Source of the DNA: Octopus vulgaris
Lineage: Eukaryota
Assembly (NCBI GenBank): GCA_951406725.2
Contig: OX597821.1
Location: forward strand, 35,216,001-35,280,000
Direction of reading: 5' to 3'
Length of the DNA: 64,000 nt
In this document: one piece after another, positions 1 to 13,482 of the stretch
How positions within the stretch are numbered: the stretch's first letter is position 1
Layout of the letters: every line of letters starts with the position of its first letter
Program-made: the position numbers and the translations under genes
The notes under the pieces: model-generated
The model's input: only the letters and a program-made list of their open reading frames with translations
Databases searched by the model: none
Told to the model about the DNA's origin: nothing

Positions 1-361
1 ACGCATGTGTCATGGAGAAACCTCACATCGTCTCCTTCTTTGCGCGTCACCATAGCCATCATGATAATGCTCCTTCCCACACGACCAGAGTCACCATGGT
101 CTTCCTGCGTGAGCACAACATCAGAACCATGCCATGGCCGGCTGTCATCCCGGATTTGAACCCAATTGAACACCTTTGTGATGAAATCCAGAGACGGGTG
201 AACCAGGTGGTCCCAAGGCAGATACTCGTGTGATACTGGAGAAAGCTTTCCTAAGGGTGTGGGCTCAGGTGGCAATGGCTTTTGTGACCCACCTCATGCA
301 CTCCATGTACCGACGGTGTATAGCCGTTTTGAATACCCAAGGAGGGCATATACGGTATTGA
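1..361 (+). mobile_element. Tc1/mariner transposase C-terminal remnant (DD34E catalytic region)
   Basis: ORF 12-233 has HDNAPSHT...WPAVIPDLNPIEHL (Tc1 QDNAPxH / WPxxSPDLNPIE motifs). After a frame break it continues RRCIAVLNTQGGHIRY*, the typical Tc1 C-terminus. Confidence 0.9.
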
Positions 362-602
362 ATATGTCATGTCCTACACACACACAAACAAACAAACACA
401 CACACACATACAGTTGACATTTACAGAAAATCAAAAGACTAAGACAGAGGTATAAACAACAAGTATGTGTATTAGTTTGACGCTTTACCATTCGAGCCGA
501 CACTCTTCAGCAGAAAGAAATAAGAGAAAATTTACGGAGAGAGAATAAAAAAGCTTGTGTGTATGTATATATACCTACCTACATACATATATATATATAT
601 AT

Positions 603-645
603 GGCAGTGCATCAGCATGGCCGCAGCTCTGAGCTGAAACTAGAG

Positions 646-726
<81 letters not shown>

Positions 727-806
727 GACAAGCTTCTTTCAATTTATGGCTAACAAATCCGCTCACAAGGCTCTGGTCGGCCCGGAGATATAGCAGAAGA
801 CAGGTA
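603..806. mobile_element. Fragments of SINE family B (3' tail on +, core fragment on -) around a (TA)n array
   Basis: cagcatggccgcag...ctgaaac matches the family B tail. acgacaagcttctttc...cacaaggctctggtcggcccgg matches the reverse complement of the family B core. Confidence 0.7.
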
Positions 807-1229
807 TCAAATGTGTGTGTGTGCATGTGTATGTATATGTGTGTGTGTAGGTGTGTGCGTCTGTAGGAGAATGTTTTTCTTTTAATTCAAACGAATTAGT
901 TTAATATAAAAGTTATTCAGTGATCTTCCATGGGCTTTGACATATTGGTCTAATCAATAATACAAAAATATAATAATAATAATTCAAAGTACCCCAATGG
1001 AAGTGTCAGCTGAAGACTTCCTGTGGGCTTCCTGTAGACGTCCTGTAGAGAAACAATTTAACAGAACGGCTAAGTGCTGATATCAATCTGATAGCAATTT
1101 TTACACGAATTAATTACACTGACGCTGTTTATTGGAGCCAAAAGAAAATTGGTACCGTTATGAATGCAGTCGCAAAATATATTTTGGATATTTGATGCGT
1201 TGCCCATTCTGTTAATAATTATTTCGTCT

Positions 1230-2330
1230 ATTTCGTTATTTTTTGTCGTTTGTAAACATGGGTAAAATTACCTGCCAAATTAGACTCTTGAATAAAGAAA
1301 TAAACAAACAAGTTAATAAATAAATAACTATTATAAGACTGACCGAATGGAGCACTTGGTAGAAATACTAGAGGGAAAAGATCGCGTATGATATCGCCTG
1401 ACTTGCTAAAACTGACAGCTAAATTTTTCCTCGAAACATACCTTATTGTTTTCAATGCGGAAGACCAGTTATGTGAAAGCATTCCTACATATGTTTGAAA
1501 GAAAGTAAATTGGCACTATCATAATTAGAATTAGAATAACTTTGATCATTAAGTAAAGTAAGATTCGAGAATCCGAAGAAACTGGAGAAGGTCTGTGTCA
1601 GTAAGAATAAACTCAAGAAGATGTCACGCGGGATATTTAATTTCAATTGGTGTGTGAGATTAAAATGTTTTCCTCTTCTGGTCCTTCTTCAAAAGTAATT
1701 AGAAATATACAAAGCAGTTTGTTTGTTCGGTTGACAGTAAAGGTCTGCCGGAAGAGAACTGTCAACAAAAACCAAACAATAACTAGTAAACATGAAACGA
1801 GGTCATCTGCTGGATTTTTACTCGAGTCGAAAACCAATGATTTATGTATTACTAAGCATATATCTATATGTTGCATATGTAAAATAGAAAGACTGAAATA
1901 CAAAAATATGAATTAGGCTGTCTGGAGAGAAACCTACGATACTTTCTATATTCGGCATTTGGCTTCTGAATAATTAAAAAAAATAACATAAATTGTTTAA
2001 TAAAGTGTAAATCAAATGTGACCCATCGACTTTTGATGAATTCTTGCAGTCTTCAGAGAGTAGATTTTGTTAAAAATAACATGAAAAAATATTGACGAAA
2101 TTAATTCTATAGAGCCGTATAGATTTAATAATGTTAATGAAAAGCCAAATAAAGATAATACTCTTGCCGCAAAAATAGTCGATAACTTATTTAAAAGCAA
2201 GCGTATTGATTTACAGCTGCCCTTTAACCCATACATTTTCAGCTATTAACTCTATAGCAATGTCGGCATCTGCTGCCCTCCACATTAACTCTCCACTACA
2301 TTTGTTATTTACTGTTAACAAAGTGCTGCT
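1230..2330 (-). pseudogene. Possible decayed leucine-rich-repeat (TLR-like) coding sequence
   Basis: Broken minus-strand frames give LRR-like pieces: FGFSLTLLNLYGSIELI, FSLSILHMQHIDI, SSLPADLYCQPNKQTALYISNY, LNIPRDIFLSL, FFGFSNLTLLNDQSYSN, QSYN, NLAGN. Many stops and frameshifts. Confidence 0.4.
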
Positions 2331-2517
2331 GTTATTTATTCAATTAAAACAAATGTTCCTGGCACAGTATGTTTCTCGCCGAATATGCATGATTTTTTTT
2401 CTTTTATATATTTAATCTAGAAATTATAGACTTTTATAAGTCTCATCACTTGAAATATAACTTGAATATATGGCATTATCGAAATTCTATGTGTGCTTGT
2501 TGAAGTTATTCACACTA

Positions 2518-3720
2518 TCATCATCATTGATTAAGGTTTCTCTTCTATGCTGACATAGGTTGGACAGCTGGACGCGATCTTACAAGACAGAACACTGCGG
2601 CGAGCTCCAGTGTCGGATTTGACATGACGTCTCCGGTTGAATGCCTTCCTAACGCCACACAATTTACAGAAAATAATGGATGGATGCATTTTTCTTGGCA
2701 CCGACGCTCGTTAGGTCACCAAGTAACTCGCAATACAACGGTCTTTGACTGAGTGGGAGTGTAACATTGAGGGAGATTCTTTTATGTCAGGTTTTGTGAT
2801 AAACTGTGATAGAGGGAGAGTAACGCATGTCTTGCTGTAGAGGAGATACATGGCTACCCCAGTTAGAAAGACAAAAAATATGGCGCTGATCAAATGTCAC
2901 GGTGCATTCCCATGATAAAATATGGTGAATATAAAACAGAATAGAAACAGATGATCGGAAAGGGTTAGAGACAGGAATTGATGAGATAAATGCAGTAAAT
3001 GGTGAACACAGGTGGCAGTGTGATCGGTGATAAATATCAGTTTTGGATGGAGAGGTGAAAGAAAAAGAAATATGTCAGCGAAGAAGAGTCGAAAGGTGTT
3101 AGTACAAAACAGGAGGATGGTGAAGAGCATCAGTATACCAAAACCGTAGGAAGATGAAAAATAGTGAAATGATGTGGGAGTGTGCAGGATAAGAAAAGGA
3201 GACGGGGGATAGAGGGGCGTAAGGTGGAAATATTGAGTAACAAAATTAGTAGAGATCTGTCGATGGCAGATATAAGAATGTGTAGAGATGAAAGCGACTT
3301 TCAGTGGAAAGTAAAGTGGTAAGGAACGATACTAAAAATGGAGGGTGGATGCCAAACGAAAGTGGCTCCAAGGAGAGGGATAACAAGTAGCACAAAGTGG
3401 GGAAGAAATTTGTGCAGTCCCGCTATTATATAACTACAGTAGCTAAGTAAATAGTGTCGTAATCAGAAGGGTGAAAGAAGAATGGATGTTAGGAAGATAA
3501 CTTGTGAGGAAGATTTGACAGCGATAAATTGTGGAAGGGAGCACAGACCTCATTTTTTGTCAGATCTTATTTTTTGCTAAGATGGACAGGTTTTCTCGAG
3601 TACGGTGAGTCGCCAACTACCAAATATAATTTAGCTAAGGGTGGAGACCCTGACATGTCCCCATGATTAAATAGAAATAGCCAAATATGTCAAATTTTGA
3701 AAATGGAAAGGAAGTGTTAG
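2518..3720 (-). repeat. Degenerate interspersed repeat (probable retroelement 3' region, purine-rich on +)
   Basis: catcatcat...ggttggac...tgccttcctaacgcca motif followed by about 800 bp of strongly strand-biased G/A-rich sequence. Family recognised from memory only. Confidence 0.4.
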
Positions 3721-5086
3721 CTAATGTAGTTTTTGTCAAACAATGCTCAAGTGAATGAGTGAGTTGGTCATGGCCGGAACGCTTCCAATAAGAGGCTGAC
3801 CCCAACAGTAACTTTACACTTTTTAATATACTATAATGACACCAGTTCCTCTGTACTAACCATTCCTACAGAACAATCCTCGCAACAAACATTTTCTCCA
3901 TCTTTGCTATAACTGCACACCTCTGCAAATTCTTCTCCTTACCATATAAATTGTACAAATATCAATGTTGAGGGTTTTAGATATGGCTATATGGTTAAGA
4001 AATTTAGAAGGCAATCAAATTATATACGGTTTCGTTTCCACAGGAAGGCACTTTTAACGTTTTCATTTATAAGTTCCGTTTGACTCAAATATCATGAGTG
4101 AAATTAAATAAACTGGAACTGTACAGAAGCTTGACACATTGAGGTAGAAAGAGTTCAAGGGTGAATCAGCCACCCCGTTTAACGCTACCTTCCGACACTC
4201 GAGTTTCTTATAGCGCTATCACAGTTGTTTTAAACGTCCGGATATACACTTTTTGGTTTCTGCTCCTCTTCTTCAAACCAGTTTCACACATTTTGCAAAA
4301 GGCTCAGGAGTGCTGCAGTTTCATTTCTAACACAAAAACAAAACAAATGTCGAATCTCTTTTCTAAAAAAAAAAAACATCATCCTGCATCGTTCTCACCA
4401 ATCTAGAATGGTTTGCAAAGGTCATGTACAACGCCTCTCCTCTTATAGCTGTGTAATTACCGAAATAACAATCTCTGCTTCTGCATTCTAGTATTTTTCT
4501 ATTCTCTTATAGACTCTAGACAAATACAATTCGCTATGTTCAGATCTGCACTCAGAAACATAACGCGCCGAACTGCTTATTTCTCATACGTTCCACAAAT
4601 AAGTTGGGCTATAGTTCCAATTAATAGAAAAAATACCATAACATTCACATAACCACGGGTTTTTATGTCACCGGGTATACAATTTGATGGTGATGTAACA
4701 ATCTAACAAAATTCGTGTCATCTACGAATTAGTAGACGTTTGTCACTTGTTACAGCTGAAAATATATCTGCTGATGGATGCTGCAGCGCATAAACTAAAT
4801 AAGAAAATTAGAATAGAAACTGTGAAACGTCATTATGCATGATTAAAAACCCGAAAGCGTTACGTTCTAAGTGCGGTTATATAAATAACATCCCACCGCC
4901 ATTGCTCAAGCACCAGAACTGCAAAAATTAATATGCGTTAAGTTATATAACTATTACAATATTTCTACAGCACATTGCTGTTAATTTTATTCTTCCTTTT
5001 TTATTTTCTTTGACTTTTCTTCCTCATCTTGTTCTTTTACTTCTTTTTATTTTTTCACCGATACCACCACTAACATCATCGTCACC

Positions 5087-5197
5087 ATCATCATCATCAT
5101 CATTATCGGCAGCAGCAGCAGCAGCAGCTTCTTCTTCTTCTTCTTCTTCTTCTTCTTCTTCTTCTTCTTCTTCTTCTTCTTCTTCTTCTTCTTCTTT
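5087..5197 (+). repeat. (CAT)n/(GCA)n/(TTC)n compound microsatellite
   Basis: Directly visible. Confidence 0.95.
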
Positions 5198-5239
5198 CGC
5201 TCTTTCTTTCTTTTTTTCTTTCTTTTGCAGAGGACCGCA

Positions 5240-5830
5240 CAATTCCTGGCAGATATGTCCGCAACAAATTCCATCAAATAGGATTCATCATACTGACAAA
5301 ATATCTTATTGCTACTTTAATCCATTTAGAGCCATCCAGAACCTTCAGGGGAGGCAAATAAGTGACTGCGATCATCAGTGAAATCTATTCCGTGTCCGTA
5401 TTGAAAGGCTGAATCGTTTCAATACACTGATATTTGCTGTGATTAGACTATATACTAACCCACCAGAACCGAGTGGAACTACATTCTCGATCCATCAACG
5501 GTACCTCACTTATCGATTATGTATGATTTAGCTCTTGAGCCATTTCTGAGGAAGCTCTAAGGGTTCAGGGAGAATTCCGTTTGAACATTATTTTCCATGG
5601 GAAACACGAGTGTTCCCTTGTCCTAGCTAAGATTCGTGCCCTATGACACTAGAAAGTTAGAGTCATTCGATGAACGCGATTGGCAGAGGCACAACGTGGT
5701 GGGCCATGATGGACGCATGCTAACTGCTTCTAGGCAAACGTGTTCTGCTTTTCATATAGACTTTGTCCGATTCTGTGGTGGAAGCAGTAGACTGGATGCG
5801 ATTAGATCTAAAACCTAGCCTCAGCAGCGC
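5240..5830 (-). mobile_element. Decayed tyrosine-recombinase (DIRS-type) remnant 1
   Basis: Minus frames: VLDLIASSLLLPPQNRTKSI*KAEHVCLEAVSMRPS (cf. VLxxL...KxxFLxxLAxGxRxSEL) and a C-terminal GHGI...W.SSNKIFCQY (cf. HSxR...WxSxxxFxxxY). Confidence 0.4.
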
Positions 5831-6184
5831 CTTTCCTTCTCTTCAAGTGTGGTAATATGTTAAAAGAGCCGAAAATAACAGCTGAAAGTTTGGAGGTCCT
5901 GAGGTACTGTGCCAGAAGCAAATCTCTGAGTTTTGATGGTCTAACTTTGATCTCTATATTTCCTTGCCCGTCTTCTGTCATTAAAGATAATCGACTTAGC
6001 AGTATTGTTTATCGCCATTGGTAGTTAGCCTGAAGTATTGGCATGTGTGTGAGCTGTTAAGTGGTGAAATTATTGAAGACAAGAATAAGGAAAATGCCTG
6101 AGATTATTTCAGACCCATAATTTTGCTACGTGCTGAGTTGAAAAAAGGACCCGAGTTTCAATAGAAAGGAGAACGATTTGTTGT

Positions 6185-6620
6185 CGACACCTACTGCCTT
6201 GGCGTCATGAGATGTCGTACCTGAAAATTCACAAATTCAACTGGGCAAATTCGATGGTGAGATGTTGGCCTTGCATTTGAAGAATCGTCTTCCTGCAGTT
6301 TCGATACAACATTGAGCTACGGTCGGAAAACAAACGTAGACTATGGTCTGGTCTGCTTACATCAAGTAGACACCGTCCTATAATTGTACATAATGGAATC
6401 AACTAAAGCTCAAACGTTTCATTCTGGGGAAATAGCGACGAACATTGGCGGCCAGTTGTGAAAAAAGTATCCTTCAGATAACATTCAGGACAGGAATGTT
6501 GGTCAAGAAGACCTTGGATTGGATGAGCTACCGAAAGGTTTTGCCACTACGAAATAAACTTAATAGGAATAGCAATGCCATCAACGCGACCTGTCTAAGA
6601 TTCATGGATAGCGGTGAACC
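6185..6620 (-). mobile_element. Decayed tyrosine-recombinase (DIRS-type) remnant 2
   Basis: Minus frames: LSMNLRQVALMALLFLLSLFRSGKTFR*LI (cf. LTLKTAFLLALASGKRVSEL) and KANISPSNLPS*ICEFSGTTSHDAKAVG (cf. ISxxTLSxWI...AHDVRAVA). Confidence 0.45.
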
Positions 6621-7109
6621 GCTCTCTTCCTTTGCCCGCTCTTCTTCTCGTTCCTTCGATTTCGTGCGCCGACCGACCGGCTGCACTCGTGCTCGTGAAC
6701 CGCTCTCTTCCTTCGTACTCAGTGCCTGAAAGTTCAACGCCAGCTCAATACTGTCCACCATTCTCTTAGCATTACTTCTACTGCGTCCGAACAAAAAGTT
6801 ACTTCAGTTATTACTTTGCCCAATCTTCTCTCTAAAAATATGACCTTCGCTTCCACGGTCATCTACTTAAGGTGGTACAATCTGAACAGCGAAAATATTA
6901 ACCCTCACCATTCAGGAAATTTCTTCTTTTTTTAAAAAAAACTATGTTATAGAAATTCTATGCTAAATACTGATGAAATCTATCTAGATACCACCTGGAG
7001 AATATGCAGCCTTGTGCCAAAGATAGAAATCATTGACTCCTTCATCACCATCGACATGACTATCACCAACCTCTTCCTCTTGCACCTAGTCATCCTCATT
7101 CTTGTCCTA

Positions 7110-7264
<155 letters not shown>

Positions 7265-8254
7265 CCATCCACCACTCCCTCATCTCATCTCATCATTTTT
7301 CTTAACCTCATAATTTTCATGATCATCAATATTTCCTATATGATAATCATCAACTACCAGTAGCAGAAGAAATATTAATAGAAACTATATTCCTCTGAGA
7401 AACCCAACTATTAATTTTCTCTTTTTCCTTCTCTCTTCTTTCTCTCCCTCTCTTTCTCTTTCTCTCTGTCTTTCTTACTCTCCCTTTCTCTTTCTCTCTC
7501 TCTCTTTCTCTTCCTCATACGTTCTCTGATTTTCTTTCCCATATATATATATTTATTTGTGTATGTATGTTTGTGTGCGCGCGTATGCATGTATGTATGT
7601 ATGAATGTATGTATATGTATATAAATACATTTATATATTTATATATAAATGAGCGCACAGGCACGCACACACATACACATATACACACATGGATATTCTC
7701 TTGGTGCAATGTAATACACTTGATGGGAGGTACTCATCAATAAAGTCGCTCTACCTGTCTGTTATTTATCAAATCGATCGCGCAAAATCAACTCCGATGA
7801 GATTCGATGTCTGAACTTCGATAAAACATAATTAAATAGCATGAGATTTCTTCGCCTAACACTCTATATATTCTGTCATTTAATGAATTCTAATCTAGAT
7901 AGAAGTAAGAAATGAAATTTTGTGGAGAATGAGTCGTTCGATTCCACAAGCACCGAGTATTAAGGTGTTATTTATTGCAACAAATTCCAACAAATTCGGA
8001 AGGATAAAAGATAAAATCGGTCGCTGAGGAGTATGAAATTTGATTCTCTGCCGAATTTGCCAATCCACAGCCCTATTAGCTATTTCTAATTAAGCTGATG
8101 GAGAATAATGGATGAATGAATGAAAAGCAATGGTGGCCTCGTTGGTATCTGAACTCAGAACGTATAACATCGGAAGAAAATGCCGAAAATAATTTTTTTC
8201 TGATGCTGTACCGAGTCTGCAAATCTGCTAAGCCACCAATCTGTCATAATGACA

Positions 8255-8445
8255 TCAAATTTTGGCACAACGCCAGCAATTTTCAGGGGGAGGGGTAAGT
8301 CAATTGCATCGATCCCAGTACTCAACTAGTACTTATTTTATCGACCCTGATGTGATGAAGGGCAAAGTCGACCTCAGTGGAATTTGAATTCAGAACATGA
8401 AGACGGACAAAATATCCCGGTGTGCTAATGAGTCTGCCCACTTGC
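8255..8445 (-). mobile_element. Degenerate SINE family A copy (further decayed pieces at about 7730-8240)
   Basis: gtacttattttatcgaccc...gatgaagggcaaagtcgacctcagtggaatttgaa matches the reverse complement of 9238-9400. Confidence 0.8.
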
Positions 8446-8799
8446 CTCTCTCCAATTCCGGCATCTAATTCTACCACAATTCTTTCATATACACTGAACC
8501 GCAAAAGAAACGCGTGGCGTGTATGACGTGTATTCCATTATGTCAGCGATAAATATTGATAAATCTGATAACTTCTTGGATACACTTTGACCACAGTCTC
8601 TGGGTTGTTGTCATGTGTTCTGGTAGTGGGCCATTGTTTTGTACTGACATTCTAATTTTAGCATTTCCTTGACAAAGGGCAACATGTAGATTCAAATAGA
8701 CACAAGTCAGAAAGATACCAAAATAAATTTATGGAAACGAAAACCAAAGATGTAAATTTAAAAATAAATAGATCAAAATAAATCAATTAAATCCATTGC

Positions 8800-8863
<64 letters not shown>

Positions 8864-8868
8864 GTATG

Positions 8869-8900
<32 letters not shown>

Positions 8901-9237
8901 TGTATGTATGTATGTATGTATGTATGTATGCATGTATGCATGTATTTATGATCCTTCCACAGTTTCCTGTCTGATATATGATCTTCCCAGACGTACGGTA
9001 ATATGGATATTGATCTTTTCAATTGTGCAAACTTTGAAACGCTTGCGTGGCTTGCACTGGAAATATTTTCCTTGCTCCACCCCACCACACAACACCAATT
9101 TTGCATTTAGGTGTTCTCTGAACGGACAAGATGACCAGACCATCTAAGAACTCAATGATTGTCGATTCATCAGTTGCAGTACTGTCGTATCAAGCATATG
9201 AGATCACCATGAGATCTTTAGGACATTACAGAACCAA

Positions 9238-9825
9238 GGCGGCGAGTTGGCAGAAACGTTAGCACGCCAGATGAAATGCTTAGCGGTATTACGTCTGTCT
9301 TTACGTTCTGAGTTCAAATTCCGCCGAGGTCGACTTTGCCTTTCATCCTTTCGGGGTCGATTAAATACATACCAGTTACGCACTGGGATCGATATAATCG
9401 ACTTAATCCGTCTGTCTGTCCTTGTTTGTCTCTTCTGTGTTTAGCCCCTTGTGGGTAGTAAAGAAATAGGTATTACGTCTGTCTTTACGTTCTGAGTTCA
9501 AATTCCGCCGAGGTCGACTTTGCCTTTCATCCTTTCTGGGTCGATTAAATACATACCAGTTACGCACTGGGATCGATATAATCGACTTAATCCGTCTGTC
9601 TGTCCTTGTTTGTCTCTTCTGTGTTTAGCCCCTTGTGGGTAGTAAAGAAATAGGTATTACGTCTGTCTTTACGTTCTGAGTTCAAATTCCACCAAGGTCG
9701 ACTTTGCCTTTCATCCTTTCTGGGTCGATAAAATAAGTACCAGTTGTGTCCTGGTGTCGATCTAATCGACTGGCCCCCAATCCCTCAAAATTTCGGGCCT
9801 CGTGCCCAGATTAGAAAAGGATATT
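9238..9825 (+). mobile_element. tRNA-derived SINE family A (Deu/Nin-like core) with three tandem 184-bp units
   Basis: Head GGCGGCGAGTTGGCAGAAACGTTAG (A box) and GAGTTCAAATTCC (B box). Core GCCTTTCATCCTTTCGGGGTCGAT..AATAAGTACCAG. Units start at 9286, 9470 and 9654. Confidence 0.92.
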
Positions 9826-10224
9826 ACGCAATCATTGCTGGTGGAATCACTCGAAACGTATACTTTTGGAAACTGTCTGGATTACTAGAGTACTCTTTCA
9901 CTTCTTTCTGTCACTTGACTGCGGCCATGCTGGAGCACCTCCTTACGATTAATTTTTTTTTTGTAAACTGCTTTTATAAATCGCATTCATAACATAACGC
10001 TATAGATTATTTAACACCTCTAATCTATATAAAAGATGAAATGAAGCAATACGTAATTAATACTTTATATCTTCTTCGGATGCTTGCAGCTGTATGTTGG
10101 TAGAATGTTTGATTGCTGCTGATCATATAGGTCCTTTGCTGAAAGGATCTACAGGCACTTTACTTAATCCATATTTCCTGCATTCCCCAGCCACGTTTGT
10201 TCTCCGAGCATTATCCTACAAGAG

Positions 10225-10256
<32 letters not shown>

Positions 10257-12328
10257 GAGGGGGAGAAAGACAGAGAGAAAGAGAGACTCTCGCCTTCGTT
10301 CCCATGTTTCATACAAATTCCCATCACACAATTGAGAAAGGGGTTATCAGGTTTCGGATGTCTACGCAGATCCCATCTCTTTCCATCTTTTACCTGCATT
10401 CTGCCATAAAAGTGGCAACAAGGAAAGGACCAATACCACAACACTTATGGCGATCATTGTGCTAGCCCCTAATACGTATAGCAGCAGCAAACTATGGACA
10501 GTCGTGTGGCGCTTCAGTTCAGACTGTTTTCTTACCTCTTTCTCAGTTTTGAACGCCAAACACACACTGCCATATAACGTACTCTTGTTAATAGAGCAGG
10601 TGTCGTCTTACACATCCTATTAAATTTTCTTTAACTGTTTCTTTGATGTTATATCGAAGCCCTGTGCAGTTCTCACGAAACCAAGTTACGTTATTTTCCT
10701 CCTTGTTCATTCAAATTTAATCAAAGTAGAAGCCACACTGCTATGTAATATACCTCTTTACAACGGCCCTTTGTCTGAGTTCGAACCGCGCCTTCAACCG
10801 CCATCTGGTACGTTATCGTAGCAAACGGTTGATGTTAGTAGCTTTTGCTATTGCTAAATTTTTGTTTATGTAGTGAGTATTGCGCTTCCGGGCGTCATCG
10901 AGTAACTGTTGGGCTTTGGCAGTGTATCTGTCCATTATCAACTTGTAATGTTTATCATAAAATCGTTTTCGTTTATTTTAAAAAAACTATTTCGACTTTG
11001 GAGGAGTGCGTATCCAGTGATACTTTCTTCTAATTTTTACCTCTTACTGTATCTCCTGCAGGAAAATCCATTTTGAAAAATGTAAATACAAGAAGAGGTT
11101 TACAGAGGAATAAATAATGTCTAAAAGATAGATTTTTGTTGACCTCAGGTGCAAGGGTTTTTACATACACACATACACATACATATATATATATACATAC
11201 ACACATACACAAACACCCATACATCTCACACCCATACACCCACGCATTCACACCCTACACATAATAATGTGTGCGTGCGCTCGCGAATGCACGTGTGTGT
11301 ATCTTCTTTTCTCTGCTTTTAATTATTTGAAATCTTATTCTGAGGCTGGAGTTTCCAACGAAGATACGTCCTAAGATCGTGTATAAAAAATAATCGCATT
11401 GTAAGTCTTACATATTTTCATTTACAATTTGTATATGTAATGAGCGAATAAACTTCTTTTTCTGAAAATCATAATATCCAGAGTGGCACTTTGGCATTTT
11501 AATCACAAAATCCAATTGCACCAATTATTATTGGTATAAATGTGAATTTAACAATTGGATATAGAAGTTGAAAGTTCCAAAGCATCAGTCCTTAGTTATC
11601 CTCTTCCTCTTTGAGTTTAAAGGAGACGTTCAAATCAGGAGGGCAATTGACATCTATAATGCTACATACTTTTCATTGTCTGTCAAAAACAACAATATCC
11701 GACCTGCTAAGTTTACTCTTGACAGAATTTTTGAAGGGAATCTTCCACCACACCAATATTCCTTGTGTTGATGTTTGTGTGCTTGTGAATGTAATGTGTG
11801 AATGTGTGTGTGTGTATGTGTGTGTGTGTGCATGGATTTATGTGCATGCGAATGTTGTGTTTTATACGCTGTCAAATGTCTAGGTTAATAGAAACTCGTG
11901 CTAAATATTTTATTTTTACCAAGAATTTCTTCTGTATTTATTGACCCTTTTCTTTTCTATATCATCGAACAACGTGGCTTTATTCATAAATACCTTGGTG
12001 GTTGTTTTCTTTACATTTCAGGGTTAGGGTTAGGGTTAGGATGTTGTGTTACACGCACACAGACACAAACTCAACAATCTTGTTGGTGGTCACAACAACA
12101 TTTGTGATATGTAGGGCAGATATACAACTTCATTCTTACACATAAAATAAACTGTAACAAGGACATTTACCAAGTAGTTTAATGACATAAAAAGTAAAAA
12201 AAAGATTGATGACTACAAATTTATGCATTCTAAAACGAACTCACATCCTCTGTTGATCTTTCATAGATATTTCCCACGAATATCATTTCCAGAAACTATG
12301 CCATGACTATACATTGAAGTTTTGATTA

Positions 12329-12841
12329 CCGCAAATCCTCGAGTATAATCCGCATTTTTCCCCCAAAATTTAAATGTCAAAATCCCTAGTGCGTATTATA
12401 CACGAGGTTAAAAATGAAAATTATTTTCTAAGAAATTTTCGAGTCTCTATTTGCTGTCTGGCTATGGTTATTCAAATGTATTTTATGATGTCGGGTGCAA
12501 AAATACCTTAAGCTAAGCCTGAAAGCAATGAAGTCATAAAAGAATCATCCATAACTTGCAGTAAGCAACATTTATTAAACGTTATTACTGCTATTTCTTT
12601 ATTTTCTGCAAACAAAATGCACAAAAAAGCTACACGTTTGCATTATGTTATATATACAATAATAATAATGGACGTTACCGTATACAGTTTTACAAACCAA
12701 GGACGTTATATAGACCTCCTTGACTCAAGTTAGAGAAGGGGTGCATATTATACACAAGGTTTAGGTTTTTCAGAGGTGCACCCCCCTAAAAATCTCCCAG
12801 CGTATTATACTCAAGGGCGGACTATACACGAGGATTTACGG
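12329..12841. mobile_element. Non-autonomous Tc1/mariner (pogo-like) MITE
   Basis: Left TA|CCGCAAATCCTCGAGTATAATCCGC; right end reverse complement TA|CCGTAAATCCTCGTGTATAGTCCGC. TA target duplication; internal repeats of gcgtattatacacgagg. Confidence 0.9.
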
Positions 12842-13375
12842 TACGTGTTTACAACTGTGCTGTCTTCATGTTCACAAACAACGCAGACTGCATTCGAAAG
12901 ATGACTATCCGCCCGATTAGCTAAGATTCACTTACTACAATCACTTGCATATAAATGTGGTGTTTCTATCGTCACTTTAATATTATTTTGTTCTTGCAAA
13001 TAGTAATCTCCGAAGTGTTATCATCGAAGCATACTCAATGAACTTGCATCTGACTGTTGCCCCCCCTCTCCTGTTTTGTCTCACTTGAAATCACATAACA
13101 AAACTTTCGAATCATCTTTTCATTCTCGTAACTCCTGGTACTCATTAATTCCTTATGTTTACCCCAGCTGATATCAAGTTACAAAGTTTAAGCTGAATAA
13201 TATCATCTGCTACATGGATTTGACTTGTATTGCGACTAAATAATACACACACACACATAGGTGTGTATATATATATATGTATACACAGACACATACACAC
13301 ACATTTTGATTTCCAAGTTAGTTTATATATATATATATATATATACATATATATATTTATACATGTATGAATGTG

Positions 13376-13482
<107 letters not shown>

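Noticed and set aside
559-826. Many [22 protein letters not shown], poly-His and poly-Ser ORFs throughout the window
   Set aside because: They are translations of (TA)n, (TATC)n, (TATG)n, (CA)n, (CAT)n and (TTC)n microsatellites.
4585-4650. Signal-peptide-like MVFFLLIGTIAQLICG on minus, upstream of the LRR-like region
   Set aside because: Short hydrophobic peptides arise easily in T-rich DNA, and nothing links it to the downstream region.
9286-9825. CRISPR-like regular repeats
   Set aside because: Full 184-bp tandem units with no unique spacers and no cas genes, in eukaryotic DNA.
12020-12040. Telomeric (TTAGGG)3
   Set aside because: Too short to indicate a telomere or fusion site.
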